Assembly (NCBI GenBank): GCA_040954595.2
Contig: JBECUI020000049.1
Coordinates: 1 to 63,163, forward strand
Source: Balanoglossus misakiensis
Taxonomy: Eukaryota; Animalia; Hemichordata
Direction of reading: 5' to 3'
Length of the DNA stretch: 63,163 bases
Of this stretch, positions 32,236 through 41,301 are shown in pieces (the first letter of the stretch is position 1; each line of letters opens with the position of its first letter). The position numbers were made by a program, and so were the translations under genes. Under the pieces are notes generated by a model. That model was given only the letters and a program-made list of their open reading frames with translations. It did not search any database and was not told the origin of the DNA.

Positions 32236-32910
32236 TAGGGTGTCAAAAACTTTGAGGTGGTTCACACAAACATAGCTCATGCTTAGGCAGAACGATGAGA
32301 AGCAATTTGTCCGATTGAATTGGTTCTTAATGAGGTTATGAAGCTCGAAGGAACTAAAACTTGGCCAATGGGAATGTACCTCTGAAAATTCCCCAGGTAC
32401 GAGGCAGACTTGGTTTTACCCATCCAATATCGAGAAGGGAATGCGCAGTGAACGGTTTTGAAACTCGCTCTTGCCGAGATGGAGGTGAAGGGTCTGAGTA
32501 CCCGCAAGGTTTCTGACTGTGCCGCAATCCTCTGTGCCACAGCAATGTCAACGGTTCAAGTCAGCCGGGCCTCAAAGGAAGCAGAAGAAGTAATCGCATC
32601 CTGGAAGGCTGAAGAGCTCGGCAAGCTTCAATATCTTATGCTCGATACTACCCATGAAACGCTACGAATCAGCAATAAGAGGACCAGGTGTTCCGTTAGT
32701 GGCCTTTGGCGTGGATTATGGAGCCTGCGGATCTTAGCTGAAACAAGCTTGTTATCAACAGGTGGCGACTACTGGAATGACTGGCCAGATGAGGCCTTCA
32801 TGTGAATGATCAGTTCTGACGAGAACAGGGGTTTATGAGCTATTCACGGTAGTGTTCCTGGGACTCCGCTGGAAGCTGCCAGATCCATTGACAGCAGAAT
32901 GACCTTCGGG
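32236..32910 (+). mobile_element. Degraded IS256-family element remnant
   Basis: LKLALAEMEVKGLSTRKVS...VQVSRASK...YLMLD and later FPGTP...CQIH..QN fragments with stops and shifts; terminus-like TAGGGTGTCAAAAACTTT. Confidence 0.75.
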
Positions 32911-33303
32911 AGTCCTCCCCATAAGAAACTCGATCGTTAATAATCTTTTTGCTATAGAAACCACAGAAAATTTCTTCTTCAGGCCTGTATTTCTCCGTGT
33001 AAGTTTTAGTTTCCCAATTTCTCTCTGCTCCAGGCTCTAGCCGGGAGCAGTCTCTTGGTTCTTGAGGTTTACTCTCTTTAACGGTGCGCTATTTTCAATG
33101 TAATAGGAAATTTTACCTGGAAATTTAAACTTTTGAGCAGGGGCCATTGTGTATTTCCTGTACAAAATGAAGTAAGATTAAAGAGAAAGATTTAAAGATT
33201 AAAAATTTATTCTTTCTCTTAACATGCTCTTTTTAGTAATCTGTATAGAGAATTGCAGACTTTACGATTATCTAAACTATCGTTGCGATTAAAAAGGATT
33301 GAG

Positions 33304-34286
33304 ATGAAACTAGCTATTTACAGCACCAAAACATGGGTCCAACAAGTTTTCTCCAAAGAAAAACCACCCTTTATTGAACTGACCTTTCTGGAGGCTAGGC
33401 TGAACAAGGAAACCGCTTCGCTGTCAGTAGGATTTGACGCTGTGAGTGTTTTTGTGAATGACTCTGTAGACTCCACCGTCATAGAAATCCTTGCCGCAGG
33501 AGGAGTCAAGGTTATTGCTCTGCACTGTGCGGGTTTTAACAATGTGGATATTGCTGCTGCTAAGGAGCATGGCATACTAGTATGCCGGGTACCAGCATAC
33601 TCACCCTATGCCGTGGCCGAACATACCTTAGGGCTTATGTTAAGTCTTAACAGGAAGTATCACCGGGCATACACCCGGATCAGAGAAGGGAACTTTACTC
33701 TGGATGGCCTTCTGGGCTTTGATTTTCATGGTAAGACTGCTGGAATAATAGGGACTGGAAAAATCGGAGAGGCTGTCATGAAGACAATCTCGGGACTGGG
33801 GCTAAGAATTCTAGCCTACGACAAGTATCCCCGAGAGGAAATACTGTCCTTGGGGGGTGTTTATGTCGGTTTGGAGCAGCTCTATAAAGAAAGTGATGTG
33901 ATCACTCTTCATTGTCCCCTCAACCCGGGAACCTACCATCTGATCAACGCTGCTGCCCTGGACTCCATGAAGCGGGGAGTTATGCTCATCAATACGAGTC
34001 GGGGGGCATTAATCGAAACTCCAGTAATTATAGAAGGACTTAAAACAGGAAAAATCGGTTATTTGGGATTGGATGTCTATGAAGAAGAGGGAGATCTCTT
34101 TTTTGAGGATCTTTCGGGGAGATTATCCAGGATGATACCTTTGTGAGATTGCAATCGTTTCCCAATGTTCTCATCACCGGTCATCAAGCTTTCTTTACCA
34201 TTGAGGCTATTGAAAACATTCGTGACTGCACCTATGACAATCTTCAGAGCATTCAAGCAACCGGTACCTGTGATAATTTGGTATAA
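33304..34286 (+). CDS. ldhA: D-lactate/2-hydroxyacid dehydrogenase, frameshifted at a G-run near 34119
   Basis: CAGFNNVD, VPAYSPYAVAEH, GTGKIG, INTSRG, LDVYEEE; next frame gives FPNVLITGHQAFFT to stop at 34286. Confidence 0.85.
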
Positions 34287-34364
34287 ATCAAGCAGGGTTC
34301 ATCTTGCCACAGTTGGGGCTCACGGCTTTTATTGGTAGGAATTTCAGACTTCTTGGAGAAAATA

Positions 34365-35468
34365 ATGAAAGAACGGATAACTGTTGGTCTTGTAGGTTGT
34401 GGGAAAATCAGCACAACGTATCTGAATTTTATAAGGAACTTTCCTTTTCTGCACCTTACTGCCTGTGCAGATCTAGACATAGAGCGCGCCAAGGCTACGG
34501 CAAAGCAATATGGTATCGCCAAGGCTTGTAGTCTCCAGGAACTTCTAGCGGACTCCGAGATCCGTGTGATTCTGAATCTGACAATTCCCAAAGCTCATTT
34601 TGATGTTAACCGTAGAGTCTTGGAGGCGGGGAAGCATGTCTATTCGGAAAAACCCTTGGCCGGTACCAGAGAGGAGGGGATGGCGCTTTTGGAACTGGCA
34701 GAAAAGAAGAATCTCCTTATTTGCTGCGCCCCGGATACTTTTCTGGGAGCAGGGCTCCAAACTTGCCGAAAAATTCTGGATAGGGGAGAGATAGGCCGCC
34801 CCCTTGGCTACAACGCCTTTATGTTGAATGCCGGTCCTGAGAGTTGGCATCCGGACCCGGAATTCTATTACCAAAAATATGGGGGACCTCTCTTTGATAT
34901 GGGGCCTTACTACCTTACCACGCTGATCTTTTTGTTGGGACCAATAAAGAGGGTCACCGGTTCGGGAATCATTGGTTTCTCTGAGCGCCGGATTACCAGC
35001 AAAAAAAAGTACGGAAAGCTCATCCCCGTGGAGACTGACACTCATATCTGTAGTGTCATGGACTTTGCCTCCGGGGCCATAGGTACCCTTGTTACCTCCT
35101 TTGATGTAAAAGATACGACCCTGCCCCAAATGGAAATCTATGGATCTCGGGGTAGTCTTCTTCTTCCCGATCCTAATACCTTTGATGGCCCTGTGAAAGT
35201 AAAATGCCATGCTGATTCCAAGTGGCGGGAAATACCTCTGGTTCCCGGTTATACCGACGAAGTTCGAAGCCTGGGATTGGTGGACATGGTTCATGCCCTT
35301 CTAACGGGGCAGAAGGCTCGGGCCAATGGTCCTATGGCCTATCACGTGCTGGATAGCATCCATGCTATTCTCGAGGCATCCGAACAGGGACAACACAGAG
35401 AAATATCTAGTTCCTGCGAGCGTCCCGACCCCCTGCCTGAAGTTTTGCCCTTTGAACATCTTGGGTAA
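34365..35468 (+). CDS. Gfo/Idh/MocA family oxidoreductase
   Basis: GCGKIS Rossmann motif, HVYSEKP, GPLFDMGPYY. Confidence 0.92.
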   Translation: MKERITVGLVGCGKISTTYLNFIRNFPFLHLTACADLDIERAKATAKQYGIAKACSLQELLADSEIRVILNLTIPKAHFDVNRRVLEAGKHVYSEKPLAGTREEGMALLELAEKKNLLICCAPDTFLGAGLQTCRKILDRGEIGRPLGYNAFMLNAGPESWHPDPEFYYQKYGGPLFDMGPYYLTTLIFLLGPIKRVTGSGIIGFSERRITSKKKYGKLIPVETDTHICSVMDFASGAIGTLVTSFDVKDTTLPQMEIYGSRGSLLLPDPNTFDGPVKVKCHADSKWREIPLVPGYTDEVRSLGLVDMVHALLTGQKARANGPMAYHVLDSIHAILEASEQGQHREISSSCERPDPLPEVLPFEHLG

Positions 35469-36181
35469 GCTAGAGGTCTGGGGAATGCTAGGAATATTCC
35501 TTGCAGAAATCAGCCTGGCTGTCTCGTTTTTATCCTCATCTTAGAAAGAGTTTTCTACCAGGGCACAAGGGCCTTGAGATAATACTGGGTCTCGGGATGC
35601 AGGGGGAGTACAGTGGGTAGCAATCAGGTCTGGGCTAGGTTCCCCAAACTCCGTATGTTTTTCCCCGATACCCTAAAAGGAAACATTTTCTATGGCCGTT
35701 TTATGCCAACGAGACCGATCTGGTAGAAGCTGAAAAACCGCTGGAGTCCATGTTTTTATTTAAAAATTGGGGAAAAGTCATCACACCGGGCTGGACATAT
35801 TCCTTCTGGAGGAGGCCACTGGCAAGGTGTTCAGGGAAACGGAAAAGCGTATTCCTCCGGCCATCCTTCAGGTAGTTCCTGGGCCTAGGGGCTTGTCATG
35901 GCCCCAACTGTTCAGCATCGGTAAGTCTGATCCAATAGTCATGCTATCTCCAGGTATTGTTTATTGATGTTGGAAGGGGCTAGTCCTGGTATTCCTTATT
36001 GGGAAGTGTCAGGAAAACGCCAATCCTACAATAAGTCTTAAGACTTCTGAGCTCTAGGCAATTCTCTCGGGTTCTGTTTCTTCCTACTCGACTTCGGGAC
36101 TCACAAGACAGGGAAAACTTGGGAATTGATTCTTAACTTTGTTGTTTTAATCATATCAAATAAAATTTTCAAAAGTTTTTC

Positions 36182-36210
36182 TTGACTTCCAGCACAGTAA
36201 ATGGTACATA
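36182..36210 (+). promoter_or_regulatory. Sigma70 promoter of sulfur-relay operon
   Basis: TTGACT-17-TACATA upstream of the GGAG RBS of the thiS-like gene. Confidence 0.55.
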
Positions 36211-36241
36211 GTTACCCTGGCTTAACAACTTGGAGAAAAAA

Positions 36242-36466
36242 GTGAAGATTGAACTCAATGGGAAAACATTAGAATTGATTAATCCACTGTTGGTAAGAGA
36301 ACTGCTTGAGGTAGAAAAAGTACTCAATCCAGCTATGGTTTCAGTACAAGTTAATGGCGATATCATTTCAACAGAAGACTTTGACAAATTTATTGTCCAG
36401 GAAGGTGACAAAGTGGAGTTCCTCTATTTTATGGGTGGGGGCAACTACACTTTAATGTGTACCTAG
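36242..36466 (+). CDS. thiS: ThiS-like ubiquitin-fold sulfur carrier with C-terminal extension after GG
   Basis: KIELNG...VSVQVNG...EGDKVEFLYFMGGG followed by NYTLMCT. Confidence 0.85.
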   Translation: MKIELNGKTLELINPLLVRELLEVEKVLNPAMVSVQVNGDIISTEDFDKFIVQEGDKVEFLYFMGGGNYTLMCT

Positions 36467-36560
36467 CCTGGATTCTTATCCGAATCCTAACAATCAAACA
36501 AACTAAAACACTCAAGAAGCTTTTAAAACGAATTTTTCTTTGTTTTGGAGGGCAGAGACT

Positions 36561-37370
36561 ATGATGACAGAAGAGCAGATAAAAAGATATTCCAGGCATA
36601 TCCTTCTTAAGGGCGTTGGAGGGAAAGGACAGGAGAAGCTTCTTACTTCCAAGGTCCTGGTAATTGGTGCTGGTGGGCTGGGTTCTCCCATTGCGCTCTA
36701 CCTGGCGGCGGCGGGAGTGGGTACCATAGGGCTCGTTGATATGGACGTTGTGGAGGTATCCAATCTCCAGAGGCAGGTCTTGCATTTTACGCCGGACATC
36801 GGAAAGCAAAAAACCGTCTCTGCCAAGGAGAAACTGGAATCATTGAACCCCGATGTAAAAATAATAAGCCACACGGAGCGTCTTGGGACTGATAACGTGG
36901 AAACTATCCTTAGTGAATACGATTTTATTGTTGAAGGAACAGATAATTTCCCTACGAAATTTTTGGTAAACGATGCCTGTGTATTTTTAGATAAACCCTT
37001 TAACCAGGGTGGAATCTTGAGATTCCATGGACAGACCCTAACCCATCTTCCTGGTCGAGCGTGCTACCGCTGTGTCTATAGGGAGGCCCCTCCCTTGGAT
37101 GCCGTACCTACCTGTAGTCAGGCTGGCGTCTTTGGAGCTATAGCTGGCATGCTTGGTACCATACAGGCTGCCGAAACCATAAAGTACCTTACTGGTGTAG
37201 GCAGCGTTCTGAGCGACAAGGTACTTTTCTTTGACTCCCTTGATATGGAATTCCGCAAAGTTTCCATTAAAAAAGATCCCCAATGCCCTGTTTGTGGAGA
37301 AAATCCAACAATCACCGAGTTGGTGGAATACGAGCAGGCCATATGCTCCGTTCCCGGAGGAGTCAAATGA
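36561..37370 (+). CDS. ThiF/MoeB/HesA E1-like adenylyltransferase
   Basis: RYSRHI, GAGGLG, SNLQRQ, CYRC and CPVC zinc motifs, PTCSQAG catalytic loop. Confidence 0.93.
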   Translation: MMTEEQIKRYSRHILLKGVGGKGQEKLLTSKVLVIGAGGLGSPIALYLAAAGVGTIGLVDMDVVEVSNLQRQVLHFTPDIGKQKTVSAKEKLESLNPDVKIISHTERLGTDNVETILSEYDFIVEGTDNFPTKFLVNDACVFLDKPFNQGGILRFHGQTLTHLPGRACYRCVYREAPPLDAVPTCSQAGVFGAIAGMLGTIQAAETIKYLTGVGSVLSDKVLFFDSLDMEFRKVSIKKDPQCPVCGENPTITELVEYEQAICSVPGGVK

Positions 37371-37786
37371 TTCAGATACCTAGGGCCCTGGTTCGACAGA
37401 TCCATGAGCAGGCAATTGTGGAACTACCCAACGAGGCTTGCGGCTGCTTACTGGGAAAGGGAGGAAAACTCGCTGAAGTTTACCCCATGACCAATGCCGA
37501 CAAAAGTCCAGAGCATTTTACTCTTATTCCTGAGGAGCAATTTGCAGCCGTAGGCTATGCCAGGAGTAAGGGACTGAAACTTGAAGCGGTGTATCACAGC
37601 CATCCTGAAACACCTGCCCGGATGAGTGAAGAAGATATCAAGCTCGCCTACGATCCTGAGGTTCTGTATCTTATTTACTCCGTTAAGTTTGAAGAGTTAA
37701 AAGGCTTTCAGGTGAAGATAGAAGATGGAAGCAAAAAAGTCATTCCCCGCCCCTTAATTATCCTTGAAGAGGAGGAAGAAGGGTAA
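37367..37786 (+). CDS. JAB/MPN (Mov34, Mec-like) metalloprotease
   Basis: PNEACG and YHSHPETPARMSEED (E...HxHx7SxxD); ATGA overlap with upstream gene. Confidence 0.92.
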   Translation: MIQIPRALVRQIHEQAIVELPNEACGCLLGKGGKLAEVYPMTNADKSPEHFTLIPEEQFAAVGYARSKGLKLEAVYHSHPETPARMSEEDIKLAYDPEVLYLIYSVKFEELKGFQVKIEDGSKKVIPRPLIILEEEEEG

Positions 37787-38716
37787 ATGAAAAAAAATAT
37801 TTTAATTCTTAATTTGATCTTCCTGGCCATTGCAGGTAATGCACAAGAGCAGTGGCTGTACCTGCTTTACCCCGACTATGTTGCGGTTATTGATCCCATC
37901 AATCTGTCCATCGTCAGAGAAATCAGCCTGGAAGGAAGAAAATCCCCCCAAGGGGTATTTCCAACCCCGGGTGGGAAATACGCCTTTGTTGCTTACCAGA
38001 ATAGCCTCGAAATTGATGTTATTGATACAGAACTTCTCAGCATAGAAAGAGTAGAGCGACTCCCCTTGGTTCCCCAGAGTCTCCTGTTCTCTCCCAAGGG
38101 CGAATATGCCTATATAGGAAGTTCAACGGGGGAGATGCTAATCACCGACCACAGGAGGGGTAGCTTTGTTGAAACACAACGAATGACTTCTCTCACGGGA
38201 CCGATTGGGGTCAATAGATTGGGAACAAGGCTGTACCATGGCTCGGGGAAAGAACTTCTCACTCTCTATGTAAAGGATGGAACCATCCTTAAAAAAGCTC
38301 CCTTAAAGTCTTCGGCACTCCACATAAGTGTTGGACCTGATTTTACCACACTATGGGTCGTTACCGAATTTGGACTTAGAATTGTGGACGGGGAGAGGGG
38401 GAAGGTACTCAAGAAATTTGATTTCCCGAAACTAAAGCAGCCTGTACTGATAGGAGAAGACTCGGCCTTTGTGCTCAATGGTTCGGAAGTCAATGTTTAT
38501 TCTCTTAGAAATTTTAAAAAAGGCAAAAACTTCTTTTTGCCCTCGGTGCCCCAATTATGGTTTCTTGATTCCGAGGAAAACATACTGTCTCTTAACTCTA
38601 CAGAAATCACTCTTACCGACAAAACAGGAAACAGTCGTGGTGTCGCCATTGAAAAAGGCTGGTTAGACGCCACTTTTCTGGTACCGAAAAACGACCAGGG
38701 CTTCGCCTGTTATTAA
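37787..38716 (+). CDS. Secreted YncE-like beta-propeller protein
   Basis: Signal peptide; repeats such as PQGVFPTPGGKYAFVA and PQSLLFSPKGEYAYIG; ends GFACY. Confidence 0.75.
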   Translation: MKKNILILNLIFLAIAGNAQEQWLYLLYPDYVAVIDPINLSIVREISLEGRKSPQGVFPTPGGKYAFVAYQNSLEIDVIDTELLSIERVERLPLVPQSLLFSPKGEYAYIGSSTGEMLITDHRRGSFVETQRMTSLTGPIGVNRLGTRLYHGSGKELLTLYVKDGTILKKAPLKSSALHISVGPDFTTLWVVTEFGLRIVDGERGKVLKKFDFPKLKQPVLIGEDSAFVLNGSEVNVYSLRNFKKGKNFFLPSVPQLWFLDSEENILSLNSTEITLTDKTGNSRGVAIEKGWLDATFLVPKNDQGFACY

Positions 38717-38731
38717 AGGAAGAATATTCTC

Positions 38732-39760
38732 ATGATTTCTATATTGAGTGGTGGGGGGCTAGGTCTCTGCCTGGGTTACGTTTTGCAACGGGGTGGTTTT
38801 TGTATGAATACTGCCTTTAGAAGCATCCTTTTTGAGAAGGATCGAAGTTTGCTCAAGGCATGGTTCCTGGTCCTTTTAATAAGCATTCCTGCTCTTGCCT
38901 TATTGGAGGAGTTGCGCATTGTGCATCCAGAGACAGCACCATTTTTCTGGTTAGCGGCCCTGATCGGAGGGCTGGTCTTTGGAATCGGAATGGTGATTGC
39001 CGGTGGTTGTACCAGCGGAACCTGGTACAGGTCTGGCAAAGGCATGCTGGGTTCGGCTGCGGCGCTGGTCGGTTTTGCCCTAGCGGCAACAGCGGCTCGT
39101 TCCGGGGTGCTCTCCGGGCTTACTAGCCTTCTTCGAGGTCCGGTTATTGATGTTTACGGTGAGAACCTCACCCTGGACAATTTCCATCTCCTTCTGGGCC
39201 TGACCTCCTGGGATCCCTTTCTTGTCAAATGGATTTGGACGGGGGTGATTGTTCTAGTTCTTATCTTGGCAATAAGAAGAACACCCAAGCAGAAATTTGT
39301 TATCGGCTGGGGCTGGAGGCGAACCGGTCTGATAGTCGGACTTCTCAGTGTGATGGCCTGGGTATTCTCCGGTTTTACGGGACGGGATTTTGGACTCTCT
39401 TTTACACAGCCAACAATATCCTTAATGGATTGGCTGATCACAGGAGAGAAAGATGCCATAAATTGGTCCACTTATATGCTTGTCGGGGTTCCTCTCGGAG
39501 CCATGCTTGCCGCTTTGAAGCAGGGAGATCTGTCCCTCAGACTTCCTCCACCCAGGCGATTCCTTGCACAATTTTTTGGAGGGGTTCTCATGGGCTTGGG
39601 GGCTGCTATTGCCGGAGGCTGTAATATTGGCCATGGAATAACAGGTATTTCTGTTTTATCCATGACAAGCATTTTGTCCACCATCGCCACCATTGGCGGT
39701 TGTTGGTTGGCAACATGGTTGGTAATGAGAAACGTCCGTAGAAATACGGTACGGGTCTAA
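38732..39760 (+). CDS. YeeE/YedE family (thiosulfate-type) membrane transporter
   Basis: LQRGGFC, GMVIAGGC, GAAIAGGCNIGH: three conserved Cys motifs. Confidence 0.92.
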   Translation: MISILSGGGLGLCLGYVLQRGGFCMNTAFRSILFEKDRSLLKAWFLVLLISIPALALLEELRIVHPETAPFFWLAALIGGLVFGIGMVIAGGCTSGTWYRSGKGMLGSAAALVGFALAATAARSGVLSGLTSLLRGPVIDVYGENLTLDNFHLLLGLTSWDPFLVKWIWTGVIVLVLILAIRRTPKQKFVIGWGWRRTGLIVGLLSVMAWVFSGFTGRDFGLSFTQPTISLMDWLITGEKDAINWSTYMLVGVPLGAMLAALKQGDLSLRLPPPRRFLAQFFGGVLMGLGAAIAGGCNIGHGITGISVLSMTSILSTIATIGGCWLATWLVMRNVRRNTVRV

Positions 39761-39790
39761 AGAAATTTCTCTAAAATTTAGGAGGAGATA

Positions 39791-40666
39791 ATGAATCTAA
39801 AGTTTTTTTATGTTCTACTGTTCTTTATGTTGTTTGGATTTGGGGCTTATGCAAAAGGCCAAACCGAAAGTCTCATCGTCAGTACTTCTTGGTTAAATAA
39901 GAATGCTTCTGACTTGCTTATTCTCGATACAGGCCGTAGTTTCAATGATTTTCTTGAAGGGCACATACCCGGAGCGGTTTTTGCTGACAGATCCTTAGTA
40001 TGGACTACCGTCAATGGCGCGGAGGGGATGTTCCCTCCCGTGGAAACACTTGTCTCTCAGTTTGAGGAACTGGGCGTAGAAACCGATAGGAAAATTCTCA
40101 TTTATGACGGTACTGGGGGACTTTGGGCTTCCAGGATGTTTTTTGCCCTTGAATACCTTGGGCACAACAAAGTCTATGTTTTAGATGGCGGCATTCAGGC
40201 ATGGGAATCTGGTGGATTTGCCTTAAGTACGGAAGAGATAATTCCTGAGAAAACGGTCTTTAACTACAAAGTTAGGGCTGAGTTGCTTGCTGATACGCAA
40301 TACGTGTTGGACAACCTTGAGAATGAAACTGTCCAGATAGTTGACGCGCGGTCTCGTGCTGAATATGAAGGCTCTGATATCAGAACAAAACGTGGTGGAC
40401 ACATCCCCGGAGCTATCAATCTGGATTGGGCGAACAATCTGGATGAAGAACGGAAATTCCTGCCAGTAAGAGAACTAATGGAGTTATACGATTCCCGGGG
40501 CCTTAAAAAAGACAAGACCCAAGTAACCCTTTGTCAGACCGGCGTCCGCGGTGCCCATAACTATCTGGTTCTGAGAAATCTTGGCTATAAAGATGTCAAG
40601 CTTTACGACGAGTCTTGGTTGATATGGGCTAACAGAGACGATACGCCTGTTGATGAAGGAACGTGA
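39791..40666 (+). CDS. Tandem-domain rhodanese/sulfurtransferase with signal peptide
   Basis: AGGAGG RBS; signal peptide ...AYAKGQTE; GHIPGA twice, LDGG, active loop CQTGVR, YDESW. Confidence 0.92.
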   Translation: MNLKFFYVLLFFMLFGFGAYAKGQTESLIVSTSWLNKNASDLLILDTGRSFNDFLEGHIPGAVFADRSLVWTTVNGAEGMFPPVETLVSQFEELGVETDRKILIYDGTGGLWASRMFFALEYLGHNKVYVLDGGIQAWESGGFALSTEEIIPEKTVFNYKVRAELLADTQYVLDNLENETVQIVDARSRAEYEGSDIRTKRGGHIPGAINLDWANNLDEERKFLPVRELMELYDSRGLKKDKTQVTLCQTGVRGAHNYLVLRNLGYKDVKLYDESWLIWANRDDTPVDEGT

Positions 40667-40667
40667 T

Positions 40668-40901
40668 ATGCCCAAACTTCTTGATTTACAAGGGGAGGTC
40701 TGTCCCTACACCTTTGTGAAGAGCAAACTGGAACTAGAATCCATGGCCATTGGGGAAGATTTAGATATCCTGGTGGACAACAGCGAATCGGCTTCCAACG
40801 TTCCCCGAAGCCTGGAAGCGGAAGGGCATAAGGTTCACAGTGTGGAACAGGAAAAAGGAAGTTCCACCTGGCGTATAAAGGTTACCAAAGCGGTAGATTG
40901 A
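40668..40901 (+). CDS. TusA/YeeD family sulfur carrier
   Basis: LDLQGEVCPY motif, ~77 aa. Confidence 0.9.
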   Translation: MPKLLDLQGEVCPYTFVKSKLELESMAIGEDLDILVDNSESASNVPRSLEAEGHKVHSVEQEKGSSTWRIKVTKAVD

Positions 40902-41301
40902 TTTTCTCGGCACTTGCCTTTGTCTTGGTAGGGCAGGAATAGTTCCAAGGCTGAGGCTTGAGTGCCTGGTCCTTAAGCACGGAGTTGCCGGGGGAAATAG
41001 CTATGATTGTCGGGAGAATTTCCGCCTATCTCGCTATTTCCTGTGCTCCACTAACACTACAGCGAAACTTCAACGTATTCAATTTTGGGAGGGGATCTCG
41101 CCTTTATTTCTGAAATAAAGGACAAGCCCTTTATAAGTAAGATAACTGTTAACTCTCTCACTCGCCTTGCTTATTAGATGAATTTCTCTATTGTATTGAA
41201 ACTTCTTTTCATTTAAAGTGATATGTTCGTTATTTCTTAGAGAAAGTAATGAAATTCTCGGTAACGAAAACAATGGCAAAATCATTGATGAGGAGGACAA
41301 T

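Noticed and set aside
35470-36180. Possible decayed gene upstream of the sulfur operon
   Set aside because: No consistent frame or recognisable family
36242-40901. Selenocysteine recoding in the YeeE/TusA/rhodanese cluster
   Set aside because: All catalytic positions are Cys codons; no in-frame TGA followed by continuing homology was seen
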